Positions 10,473-21,142 of a stretch of 39,116 nucleotides of DNA are shown one piece after another (the stretch's first letter is position 1; each line of letters begins with the position of its first letter). This DNA is from Octopus bimaculoides. Lineage: Eukaryota. The notes beneath the pieces were generated by a model. That model was not told the DNA's origin. It saw only the letters and a program-made list of their open reading frames with translations, and ran no database searches. The stretch spans positions 38,042,308-38,081,423 of the forward strand of contig NC_068996.1 of assembly GCF_001194135.2 (NCBI RefSeq). Reading direction: 5' to 3'. The translations under genes were made by a program, and so were the position numbers.

Positions 10473-11202
10473 AGGGGGTTCCTATAAGGTTGTTATCCAC
10501 CCCTGATTGGAACTCTCCCGTATGACATGTATGCATGCTCGGTGACTTGCTTTAACAGTTGCAATCAGCTGAATGCACATTGCCAGTGACCTTTGACATA
10601 ATTACCCACAATCTGTGGTCAGGATTCTTTTTTTGGTTTGATGTCGGTATTGAAGGGATTACCAGACACCGGACAATACAGTGAGAGCAGCTTTCACTCA
10701 CATCGTGGTATTCAATGCTGTGTACGTGTCTGTCGTGGTAAAATATGCCACTCCTTAACTGTTGCTTTGCTTTCATCCGTAGCACGAGATAATTATGTCA
10801 TTATCTGTGAAATTCGGCAACTTACAAAGATCTTTAGATCAGGCAATACTTCACCGAGAGGAGATATAAGCTTCTGCTTATTCCTGTCTGAAGTATCGTC
10901 CGATACTTAAGACTTATCGTCCAATGAATTTACTTTGTTGACATTCTTCATCGACAGAATTTTTATTCCTTTCAACCTTTCAGTCAAGTCCGCCTTTCTT
11001 CCAGTAACATACTGTCCATATAATCTTAAATATTTCTTTAACTCAGGCACAGTAAGTACTTCGATAGCTGAATCATCAAGCTGCTTTATATCCATGATAA
11101 GACGTAAAACAATAACAATGGCGTGGGTAATCTGCGGAAGTTTAATTATCTACATGGAGCGCCGCCTAGCCAAGGGAGATAACCTACTTATAGGAAAGCC
11201 CT
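10473..11202 (-). mobile_element. TIR element encoding a SAP-domain plus SWIM-like N-terminal fragment (possible ISL2EU/PHIS deletion derivative)
   Basis: TIRs tatagggggttcctataaggttgttatc / tatagggctttcctataagtaggttatc (23/28, including the AT flank). ORF 11095-10907 has the SAP motif LTVPELKKYLRLYGQYVTGRKADLTERL. After a stop and frameshifts: KDLCKLPNFTDNDI... and LRMKAKQQLRSG...VTGNVHSADCNC (start of a SWIM CxC). The superfamily is inferred. Confidence 0.65.
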
Positions 11203-11484
11203 ATACTCAAGCCATTCAACTTTTTTTTGTCTTTTTTGTTCTAATCAACTATATTTTTTTTGTCTCCTACCATTTGTATAACTTGAAACTCAGTTTGGAC
11301 ATCAAGCTTTCTCTGATAGCTTAATATGATTACCCACAATTGTGATTGGCTGATTACACTCCTGCCAACTAGATGGACCAAAAAGCTCAAGATAGTTTGT
11401 AGAAGGAAGATATGGATGCTTAAGGAGCCAACAAACAGTCAGAGGTTTAGGAAATACACCTCAAATTAATTAGATTCGTATGGT

Positions 11485-12480
11485 TGATTCCACATTGCTT
11501 GTTTTTCTTACAATTATATGGTGTGCAATGATTTTTCTCAGACTTAAACCTGTCATTATTATGTTTATTTATTTATTCATTCCTAATTTGGGTCTAATTT
11601 CTGAATTTTCCCAGTATGTACAAGGGTTTTTTGAAGGAAATCCAAAGTTATTTAGACAATTTGCTTCTCTAAACTTGACAGTAATTTTGATTAATTCTAG
11701 TGTGGACTGTTATTTCCTTATTTATTCTACCATTGTGTTATAAATATTTATAATCCTATGTTTATTATTAAAATAATATTACCTAGATGTTTATTATACT
11801 TTTGCTTTTGCAAGTGTAGTCCACTGTCCTTAGGTATTATCTCTGTCCTTGGGAATATATATAAATCTTTTCCATATAACCGGCCCTGGCTAAAACAGCA
11901 TTAAAATGTTCTGTATTCTAAGAAAAAATCTTATTAGCAGAAAGCCTAGATATTCTATATGAAACACTCCTAACTATGGATTTAATTACAGTGCTAGGAT
12001 GGTTATAATTTTATCCATATAATGTAAACTTTCACTGGGTTTGTGATGTGCTTGATAAATTCCTATATCTAGATCTAATGTCATGTTCAGAAACCTAGCC
12101 TCTTTATAATCATATTTCAAAAAGTAGAAAAGCTTACATTTTTAAAGCAGTTTCTCAATCTTTTTTCTATTGCTCTCTATTTTATCATTTATGTCCTTCA
12201 ACCAGTTAATTACTTCAATGATATCAGACCAGAAACTGAATCCATTTTTCTTTTTAAGCATAGGAATAAAGCAGTTGATAATTTTTTACTTATCCCTTCT
12301 ACATCAGACTTTGGTAGGTGAATAAGCATTAATGTAGGAATAGCAACACAATTAGGTTAGTGATCTTTTAAATTTCTACAGGTTGTTTTTGGTGAAAAGG
12401 CTCCATGCAATCTTCCAGCTTAATTTTACTAAAAAATATTTCATCCTTTCACATTGATGTGATTAAATTCAAATTTTGCA
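11485..12480 (-). mobile_element. Penelope-like element relic (RT fingers, thumb and CxC linker; palm deleted)
   Basis: KLEDCMEPFSPK..LKDH*PN..PKSDVEGISKK..EVINWLKDINDK; FLNMTLDLDIGIYQAHHKPSESLHY..HPSTVIKSI..SYRISRLSAN..FNAVLARAGY; YNCKKNKQC. Confidence 0.7.
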
Positions 12481-12814
12481 GTAGAAGCAGCTCTAGATTA
12501 AACTCTGTATTCATATTACACACTTAAGCTTTAAGTTAAAGTATGTATATCATAGAAAAGTCAGTAGTTGCAGTGTTCATCCAGAAAAAGATTTCTTTAT
12601 CAATGCACTGTCTTAAAAACATAATATACTTCATACCTACCATAGCTCTGACGAGGTAGATGTGCATCTGTCACACTTGTAATAGCTTCCAGAGTGATTT
12701 TGTTTTGCCTAACTCTAAAGAATATTGTGTTTTTAGCTTAATACATTAATAAAGTGATCTTTTCCCAAATAGACATTGCAGCTACTTGATTTTCTACAAT
12801 ATACATACATATAT

Positions 12815-13314
12815 CTTTTAGCTTTTAATTGTTTCAGTCTGCAACCATACTGGGACACTGCCTTGAAGAATTTGAGTTGAACAAATTGACTCCAGTACTT
12901 GATTTGTGTTTTCTTTAACCTGGTATTTATTCTATCAATCTCTTTTCCCAAACAGCAAACACACACACACACATATATAAAAACAACAAGCTTCTTTCAT
13001 TATTGACATTATGTACATTAGACGGATATTTGTCCTCATCTTGTTTGTTGTTAACACAACGTTTCAGCTGATATACCCTCCACCCTTCATATATCTGTCA
13101 AATCTAAATAATGTAAATAATGTACATAATTCCTCTTCTCTTATGTAAAGAAATGAAGTTTCTTTCAGTTTCTATCTACCAAATCCACTCAGGAGGTTTT
13201 TGGTAGCCTTAGGCTATAGTAGAAGACATTTGCCCAAGGTTCTATGCACTGGGAGTGAACCCAGAACCATGTGGTTGGAAGCAAATTTTCTACCACACAA
13301 CCAGCCCTGCTCCT
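12815..13314 (-). mobile_element. SINE (family B) interrupted by a Penelope-terminus-like insert
   Basis: Reverse complement of family B head and tail motifs; insert at about 13000-13157. Confidence 0.7.
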
Positions 13315-13329
13315 ATAAAATGTAAACAA

Positions 13330-15190
13330 CAAGGCCAAACAGTTAACCACTCTCAGGGCAGTTAATAAGGTGGAAGTATTAACTAAGAGAAATGCCCCTT
13401 GTCATCATCAAAGACAAAAAAACCAAACTTCACCTCTAACCCAAAATGCTGCCTGATTAACCCAGCTAAACAGGAAATCAGGCTGACAAACAAACATATA
13501 CTGAGAAAGATCTTAAAAATTACATAAGGAGGGCAATCAATCCATCCTTATGGCATAATATCAATGAAGTTATTTCATGGATTAAAGCTAACCAGGGTAG
13601 AAGCAGAGCAAGGTTTACCCAATTTTATATAGCAGATTTTTATTTGTTTATATCAAAGGAGTTACTAGTTAAGGAGCTTACGTTCACTAGGAATTTTACT
13701 ACCATTAGTGATAAAGATATAGATGCAATTATGCATGCTAAGAAAATGTTGCTGTTCAATAAAGGTTTGGCTTGGGTCAAACAAACTGACCAAGTAGGCT
13801 CTTCGATGTGGTGATGGGGACCTTCAGCAGCATGAATATCTGCAACCTCATAGGATTGTATATATTGGACACCTTAATGAAGAAGTTTCCATCAGTCCTC
13901 TTTGGTCTATACAGAGATGAAGCTTTAGCCATCTCTAGCGGTGCTAATGGGCATACCTAGATAGGATTAGAAAGGATCTAATTCATACTCTTAACTCTCT
14001 TGGCCTTACAATTGAAACCATTCTTACCACTGTTGACTTTATAGACATTATGCTAAACCTTGGTACCTGTTCAATCAGACCCTACTGCAAACCAAACAAA
14101 AGGTTGTCCTTTATCAACACAGCTTCCGGCCACCCAAGTGATGGGTATCAGTAAAAGGATTTCGAATTTGTCCTGGAGTAAATGCAGCCTTCTATTATAA
14201 TGAGGCTTTGGCAACCAATGGTTTAAGGACCACATCTATATGTCAGGTCCTAATACCAATGAAAGGAAGCACCACTGTACAGTTGTTTGACTTGCTCCAC
14301 TCTTATCACTCAATATCCAGATCTGCATGGGAAAGATAGTCCTTAGGTGAGTGGACAAACATTTCACACAGTCACATGTACAGGTGATTGTTTAATAGAT
14401 ACAATTTAAGGGTCACTTTCAGCCGTGTGTCCAGCATTAAAAAGTATCAGTGAACACCCCTAAACTCTGTTCAGAAGCGGGATGCTCATGCAGGATTAGC
14501 AATGAGTACCCAGTGGGGAGGGGTGGGAGTCAACGCAACTCCTAAGTCATGGTTTATGAGCAGCAATGGCAGCATGACAGCATTGACAACAGCAACAGTG
14601 CCAACACATCCAACAATGGCAGCAACATCAACAATTGCAACTGTGGTGACAGTAACACCAACAGTACATCAGGTAATAGTAAAAACAACAGCTGCAGCAG
14701 CATCAACAATGCATCCAATAATAGCAGGATGCAGTGGCAGAGATAGTGGCAACAACAGCAACAACCACAGCACCAGCATTGCATCCAGTAATAACAGCAG
14801 TGAAACTACCAGCACCAGCAATAATAATAGCAACAACAATAGCTGCAATACCACAAGAGCACAGGCACAGAAATATGTCAGACCTGCAGAGAGTCTGTTC
14901 AAGCAATATCCTAACAATCACAGGTCCTATTCTAGGATACCAGAGAGCCACAACATCACGTCCTTGGCCAGCTATGTATGGCATTTAAAATAGGAGGGTA
15001 CACCATACATAATGAAATAGAAGCTCCTAGAACAACCAGGACCAAACCTCAACAGGAGCGAACAATGTAAGTTTTGCTTCAAGAGAGCAAGAATCCTGAA
15101 AAAACTCACTTGATGAGGGGACTTTCTTAAACTCCAAAAAAGAGATGTTTAGTAGGTGCCCTTATCAGAGGAAATTCATGTTAAAAACAT
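13330..15190 (+). mobile_element. Near-complete degenerate Penelope-like element (RT plus C-terminal GIY-YIG)
   Basis: KPNFTSNPKCCLINPAKQEI..FTQFYIADFY..LLFNKGLAWVK..FDVVMGTF..LIGLYIL..GLYRDEAL..VDFIDIMLNL..SGHP..YYNEAL; GCSCR..MVYE; KYVRPAESLFKQYPNNHR..SLASYVWHLK; FLNSKKEMFSRCPYQRKFML. Many frameshifts. Confidence 0.8.
14555..14855 (+). repeat. Cryptic CAG/CAA/AAC/AAT trinucleotide-rich tract
   Basis: Read directly; it generates the Q/N/S/T/L-rich spurious ORFs in several frames. Confidence 0.85.
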
Positions 15191-15570
15191 AGAATTCCTC
15201 ATTTGATGACTAGGGGAAGTAATCGTCCATACACTGACTTTTTTAGATCCAACTGGAACCGATCAAAAGAGGATAATTTGACCTCGTCCACAAGTATTGT
15301 CATACAGTAGAATTTCATTTTGGAATTATTTATTTACAACCCTAACTGACCAACACATCTTTCTCCCTCCAGTTGCAGAGAGATTATGAGCCTCCACTCA
15401 ATGAATTTCATGAGTCACCTATAGCACAAAGAGATTTATAGGTGCAAAAGCTATGTTTAGTTTACTTTCTAACTAGTCATAAGGGACAACCCTCTAAGTA
15501 TTACAGCACTAAAGTTTTAGAGTGAACTTCTTTTTGGATGTGTGAACTACTGACTGATATATATATATAT

Positions 15571-15727
15571 CATCATCATCATCATCATCGTTTAACGTCC
15601 GCTTTCCATGCTAGCATGGGTTGGACGATTTGACTGAGGGCTGGTGAAACCGGATGGCAACACCAGGCTCCAATCTAATTTGGCAGAGTTTCTACAGCTG
15701 GATGCCCTTCCTAACGCCAACCACTCA
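15571..15727 (-). mobile_element. RTE 3' terminal fragment
   Basis: Nearly identical to 29032-29203; inserted next to (TA)n. Confidence 0.85.
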
Positions 15728-16327
15728 GTATATAATATAATATAATAAATATAATATAATAAATGTGAAAACTAATCTCTGTGTGTCAGTGTGTCACACT
15801 TTGACCCCCCTCTCTCACTATTCAATGACACTTCCTCGTGCTGGGGTGAGAGTAATAATAGGCACAGAGACGGTGGAGGCTGTGGTGAAGACAGAGATAG
15901 AGTGAGAGAGAAAGAAGGAAAAATAGAAAGAGAGAGACAAAGAAATTTAGGGAGAGTTGATTAATATAAAAATCTGTCGGTCAGATTGAAAAGATCCCAT
16001 TCTTTTTCCACCACCCAACCATGTAAAACTTTTACCGAAAGAAAAGAGAAAGTGCGTTTACTATTTATGTGTGGGGGCCAGTAAGTGGTTTAAGGGGTGT
16101 GATTCTGATAAAAGTTTATATCTGAGGAGACTGATTTTAACTTAAATGCTATTAACAACTCAACAAATGGAATGTACTTTGGCGAAATCAGAGATGGATA
16201 ACAGGAACACCGCTCGCGTAATTTGAAGTCAGGATCAGCATACTGGTGTTATTAAAGACTTCAAGTTAACCTTCCACCACCACCACCATTTCAAGTTAAC
16301 CCCCTGCCACCAAAAGATAGCCTGAAC

Positions 16328-16500
16328 CAGCATGCCAGGTGAAATGCTTAGCGGTATTTCATCCGTCTTCACATTCTGAGTTTAAATTCCACCGAGGTCG
16401 ACTTTGCCTTTCATTCTTTAGGGATCGATAAAGTCGATAAAATAAGTATCAGTTGAGAACTGGGGTCAATGTAATAGACTATCTCCGTCCCTGAATTTGC
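16328..16500 (+). mobile_element. SINE (family A)
   Basis: gaaatgcttagcggtatttc...gagtttaaattccaccgaggtcgactttgcc. Confidence 0.8.
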
Positions 16501-17809
16501 TAAAATAAATATTATACCTTATAACTCAAAATACTAATCTTAAAATGTAACAAAAATAGTGAACTAGATCAAATGAAAGAAGATCAGGGGAAAATAGCAC
16601 GTATGAAATCAACGATGCATAGATCTGTTCCAGTCTTCTAGCAGAAGTCATGTCAAGTACTTGTTTTCCTGTTCTACACTGCATACATCATGTACCAACT
16701 GAATGACAAACCTTATGTATATTTTCTGACAGTATATTTCAAAGTGTATTTATTCCATCAAGCTTGTCATGTTAATGATCTTTAACGGATTGAAGAAATC
16801 ATCGTATTTAATCTTCCTGGTTTTGTTTTATCTACATACACACTTATATTAAAACTCAAACTAACGTGATTCATCAACGCAACTTATCCCCGTTAAAATA
16901 TATTTACGCTTCATGCAGTTCAAGTGAAGAAATTATTGAAATTAGTTATTATTCATATTACTCTATTTTAGACCTTTTTTTTTTTTTTTTTTTTTTTTTT
17001 GCAAACTTGAAAATGATCAAATTAGACAATATTGTGGGAAAAAATTGACTTGTAATCCAACAGAGAAAAGAATATTGTTTGTTAAACACCAAAAATTATC
17101 CAGATATTTTATTAGCAACCACAGTTACAATCGGGTCGAAGTTGAGAAAAAGTTTTTTGAAAACAGAGGACCTGCCACCTGGCTATGTTTCGGAATTACC
17201 ACACTTGCAATGTAATGATTTCAAACAGATTGAGAAAAAAATAACGTGAAATCAAAAGTTACTCATTTTACCCCGGCTATTAATTTTGCCACACCCTACC
17301 TTAAAAAACAAACGAAAAAAATCAAAAAGAAAACTTTGAACATCAATCATTCTCACTTTGCACTTTTTAAAGAATATAAACATTGATTTTTCTTTGAGAA
17401 ATTGATTTGGATTAAATCACATACCCTTACGATGTAAACAAATTATATTTATATACAAAACAAAATGTATTAATGCACTTTGAATGCGAACATGTATATA
17501 TATACAAAACAAATATATTTGTTCACTTTAAATGTCAATGACACGTATTTATATACAAATACACGTGTACCCAACACGTACACACATAGGAAACACTTAC
17601 ACATTATTGATCTAGCACATTATCTCCCTTGACAAAAATCTCTAGTTTTTCTGATGCTATTTGTAAATTATTCATATTGATAGTAAAAGAAAACGAAAAA
17701 ATATCGGCAACGTTTCGAGTCATTAGTCGTAAGTGAGTGTATGCGCGAGTGCGTGTTTGACTGTTTAGCTGTCTCATTAATGACATCATAGACTTTTACC
17801 GAAAGAGTA

Positions 17810-18228
17810 CTACTATAATGGTTTCAAATTTTGGTACAAGGCCAACAATTTCGAGGGAGGGGGTAAGTCGATAACATCAACTCCGGTTTTCAAACTGGCA
17901 CTTATTTTATCGACTCCAAAAAGATGAAAAGCAAAGTCGATCTAGGTGAAATTTGAAGACGGACAAAATGCTTACGATGCTGCCAACTCACCACCTTAAT
18001 GATAATAATAATCCTTTCTACTATAAGCGCAAAGCCTGGAACTTGAAGGGAAGAAAATAGTTGATCACATCGACCCCAGTACTTGACTGGTACTTAATTT
18101 ATCGACCCCGAAAGAATGAAAGGTAATGTCGATTTCGATGGAATTTGAACCCGGAACGTAAAGAAGGATGAAATGCTATTAAGCATTTTCTCCGGTGTGC
18201 TAACGTTTCAGTCAGCATGTCGCCTTCT
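17810..18228 (-). mobile_element. Two tandem family A SINEs (about 17810-17997 and 18013-18228)
   Basis: Both show reverse-complement body motifs (gatgaaaagcaaagtcga / gaatgaaaggtaatgtcga, gaatttgaac), separated by a (TAA)-like tail. Confidence 0.75.
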
Positions 18229-18606
18229 TAATGATAATAAATAAAAATAATAATTTTTTTCTTTGCCACTAGCGCGACGAACATTTGGGGAAGGATTTAA
18301 AGTGACTTGTCTAAAATCATAGGGTTATGATGAAACGATCTCGAATTACCAACGGAAATAATTTAAAGAATGCAATTACAAGTTACCAAGATGCAAACTA
18401 AATGGGGGTAAGAGGAATCTGAAATTACTACACCGTTAGTTTTTACACCCGTAGTGAATTCTTAGGTGTAATTTTTCTATATTTATAAAATATAGTACAA
18501 AGGTAATTAATTCAACTTAATTTTAGCTACTATCACGTGTAAACAATAGGAGAGAACGTCATTGTGTACAAACACCTGCGTTTATACACGATAAGAGTCG
18601 GCTGCT

Positions 18607-18618
18607 ACGTCACTTCCG
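18607..18618. promoter_or_regulatory. ETS-CRE composite motif (ACGTCACTTCCG / CGGAAGTGACGT) in a CpG-enriched patch
   Basis: The motif is read directly. The surrounding 18540-18900 has visibly more CpG than the rest of the window. Overlapping ETS-CRE sites are typical of housekeeping promoters. Confidence 0.5.
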
Positions 18619-19459
18619 TTTCGTTATTGTCGCCGTGGTTGTACGAAATCGACTGCTTTGAACAAGATTGCTTAGACCTTTCATAAAATGCATATAAGCC
18701 AAGACCTTCCCGTCTTTTTGTATAGGGCTATATTTGGACAATGAGTTTTTTTTTTTTTTTGGGGGGGGGTAACCAAAAAGGTGTGTTTTGGAGAAATTTG
18801 ATTGCTATTCTAAGCAGGTCGAACGATGTAGAAATTCTAGATGCGGTGAAGTACACAGTAAGGCGATCCGATCATCTTTTATCGATCTTGATTGTTTTCT
18901 ACATATTCATTCGTAATTGTTTCCTCTCTTCATTCGTAATTATTCCCTTTCTTATATATCAGACAGAAGTCAAATTTGAGCATCACTTCAGATCTCATTT
19001 TTTAGAAAGTCATCTAAAGATTAAAATGCTTTGCTTTGTATACATTGCTGATTCAAAGATATAAATAATTCACTTAAACGTAAAACAAAAACCGGGACTA
19101 TATTGATTCAATTTCGTTTGGTTATACTTTCACAACTGTAAGATATGTATACACAAGTAGAAAAAATATTGTTATAAATACTATCGAACGTGTCATACGT
19201 TTCTAGCTTCATCTTGGAGTGAGTTGAATCATATACCTAATAAAATACATCGATTTGACTATTCTTATAAACTGATGGAGGCCCCCAAAATGCAATGAAT
19301 GCACTTTTATCACGCAGATATACATACAGATATATATATATATATATATATATTATAAGCTTAATGCTTATAAGCGATCATCACACAAACACGCACATGC
19401 ATTCACACAATGTTTATGATTTATCCCGGTAACATCAAAAGTAACCAGTGGGGACTTAC

Positions 19460-19576
19460 ATTCAATTTTTCACTTCCCTCCGAAATTAATTTGCCCAAAC
19501 TATTGACCGAGACTCCATACTTCTGATCTTGTATACCTCGGATTTTGTATGGTCTGTTCATTTGAAACCACTCCAT
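19460..19576 (-). CDS. DFFB: Coding exon 1 of the same CIDE-N (DFFB-like) gene
   Basis: ATG at 19576 (second in-frame ATG at 19561, in-frame TAA upstream) gives MEWFQMNRPYKIRGIQDQKYGVSVNSLGKLISEGSEKLN, then a phase-0 donor |gtaagt at 19459 matching the phase-0 start of exon 2. RPYKI...KYGV...SL..LI..G is the CIDE-N N-terminal half. Confidence 0.75.
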
Positions 19577-19649
19577 TTGGGTATAATTATGGCTCCAGCA
19601 AGCACTCCACTTTTATATTTTAAATTACTTCCTCTTATTGTTTGACAAT

Positions 19650-19657
19650 GCTTCCGG
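19650..19657 (-). promoter_or_regulatory. ETS core (CCGGAAG) upstream of the DFFB-like start codon
   Basis: gcttccgg on the plus strand, about 75 nt upstream of the ATG at 19576. Confidence 0.35.
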
Positions 19658-20232
19658 TGATTTCCATAATACTTAACTCCTAAACAATTAGACCGCTGTC
19701 TAAAACGAAACACAGGTTGTTGTGTCGCATCAAGTCAGTCGTGATCGAGTTAGCCTATGTTGAAAATGCGTTTTCACCTGTGACCATTCTGTGGATTAAT
19801 ATATTTAGGACGGAGTTTCAGAACAAGAACGATCACCTCACCCCGCACCCATCCATCCATCTGCAACATTTTTTTTTTTCTTGAAATTTTTTCGAATTTC
19901 TGTTTAAAATATCAGAAATTAGGATTCTAGAGACCAAAAACTTTTAAAACTCAAAGTTTTAATATTGTACAACTATACCCTCTTCTCTCCAGAGAATGCA
20001 ACCAATCGATTTTTTTTTTTAACGTGTCGAATTTATATCCAATTGTATATTAAAAACATGGAAGATAACAATTTTAAAAAAAGAATCGAAAATTCAAATT
20101 TTTCAAATGCCGTCCCCCCCCCACACACACACACACACGTACTGCCTCTTGAAACTTTCATCATTTATTTCAATATTCTTGGTGCTTAGAAAAGTAATAA
20201 TGATTTGTGTATGTCTCATATATATATATTTT

Positions 20233-20305
20233 ATCTTTTACTTGTTTCAGTCATTGGACTCAGGCCATGCTGATGTACTGCCTTGAAGAGTTTAGTTGGA
20301 CAAAA
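20233..20305 (-). mobile_element. SINE family B 3' fragment
   Basis: cttttacttgtttcagtcattggactcaggccatgctg. Confidence 0.6.
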
Positions 20306-21142
20306 CTTTGTTTGTTTGTTTTTATGTATGTATGTGTGCATGATGCATTCATGATGCATGCATGCATGCATATATTGTCTAACAATCCATTAATTAAAAA
20401 AAAACAGGCACTGATATATCTAAAAATAGCAGAAGAATATCAATAAAAATATACTATTATAGACCTATTCTAGCTGATCTTACTAATCAGTTTTGCACAA
20501 AATATTACACAATCAGATATCATCTAATAACAGTGCTCATCAGAGATGGCCAGTTTAGCATTCTTTGATAAAAATAAAACAAAATCACAATTATGGGAGG
20601 GACTCACCATGAGTCATGTCCCTTGTTCCACCCCTCCTGAAGCTTGTGTAAGTTGTGATTGCCTAAGAGATAGGTGGGGTCGAAATGAGTGTAGGTATTC
20701 TTTTTCTTTTTGGAGGGGTTGATACATGTGTAGGGTGCATAAAACCGTAACCTCATGTATGGATGCATACGCATAGGTATGTTGATGTGTGTGGTATGGT
20801 GTGGTCAGATCTTTATTGAACTCTCAGGTTGTGATGGTGAAAAACTGATAGTGGAAGTCCTTGAATTTATAATCATGGTGGAGCCTGCAGGTAAGCAATA
20901 ATATTTTTTCTCTCATGTATGCATGAGCAGAAAATCTCGCTCATTCAATTTAGGTAGGTGTCTGGTTGTAGAAAGGTTTTTTTAATTATTATTAATTCTT
21001 TTCTTAGCTTGACATAAACTGCATTTTCTACTATTCTTAAAGCTTGCCCTTTTCCAGGGCTCTCCACTTGTTGTAATCCTTGACACTTTGCTTTAACAAC
21101 AATGCATCCTTAATCAGGGCTGTGATATTACTTCTCTTCTGG

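Larger units (their letters stand above)
8754..19459 (-). other. Intron 1 (about 10.7 kb, TE-rich) of the DFFB-like gene
   Basis: GT at 19459-19458 and AG at 8755-8754 on the minus strand; phase-compatible with the flanking exons. Confidence 0.7.

Noticed and set aside
14502-14993. 163-aa ORF as a host gene
   Set aside because: Low-complexity tract fused to a Penelope-like endonuclease remnant; no splice or promoter support.
17299-17790. Minus-strand splice-like signals (donor at 17600, polypyrimidine-AG at 17300) and ORF 17604-17789
   Set aside because: No recognisable protein and no open frame linking exons 1 and 2. They could be non-coding exons but cannot be supported.
16028-17805. 14-nt direct repeat ACTTTTACCGAAAG at 16028 and 17792 as a target-site duplication
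   Set aside because: The enclosed 1.75 kb has no element ends, tail or coding relic; probably chance.
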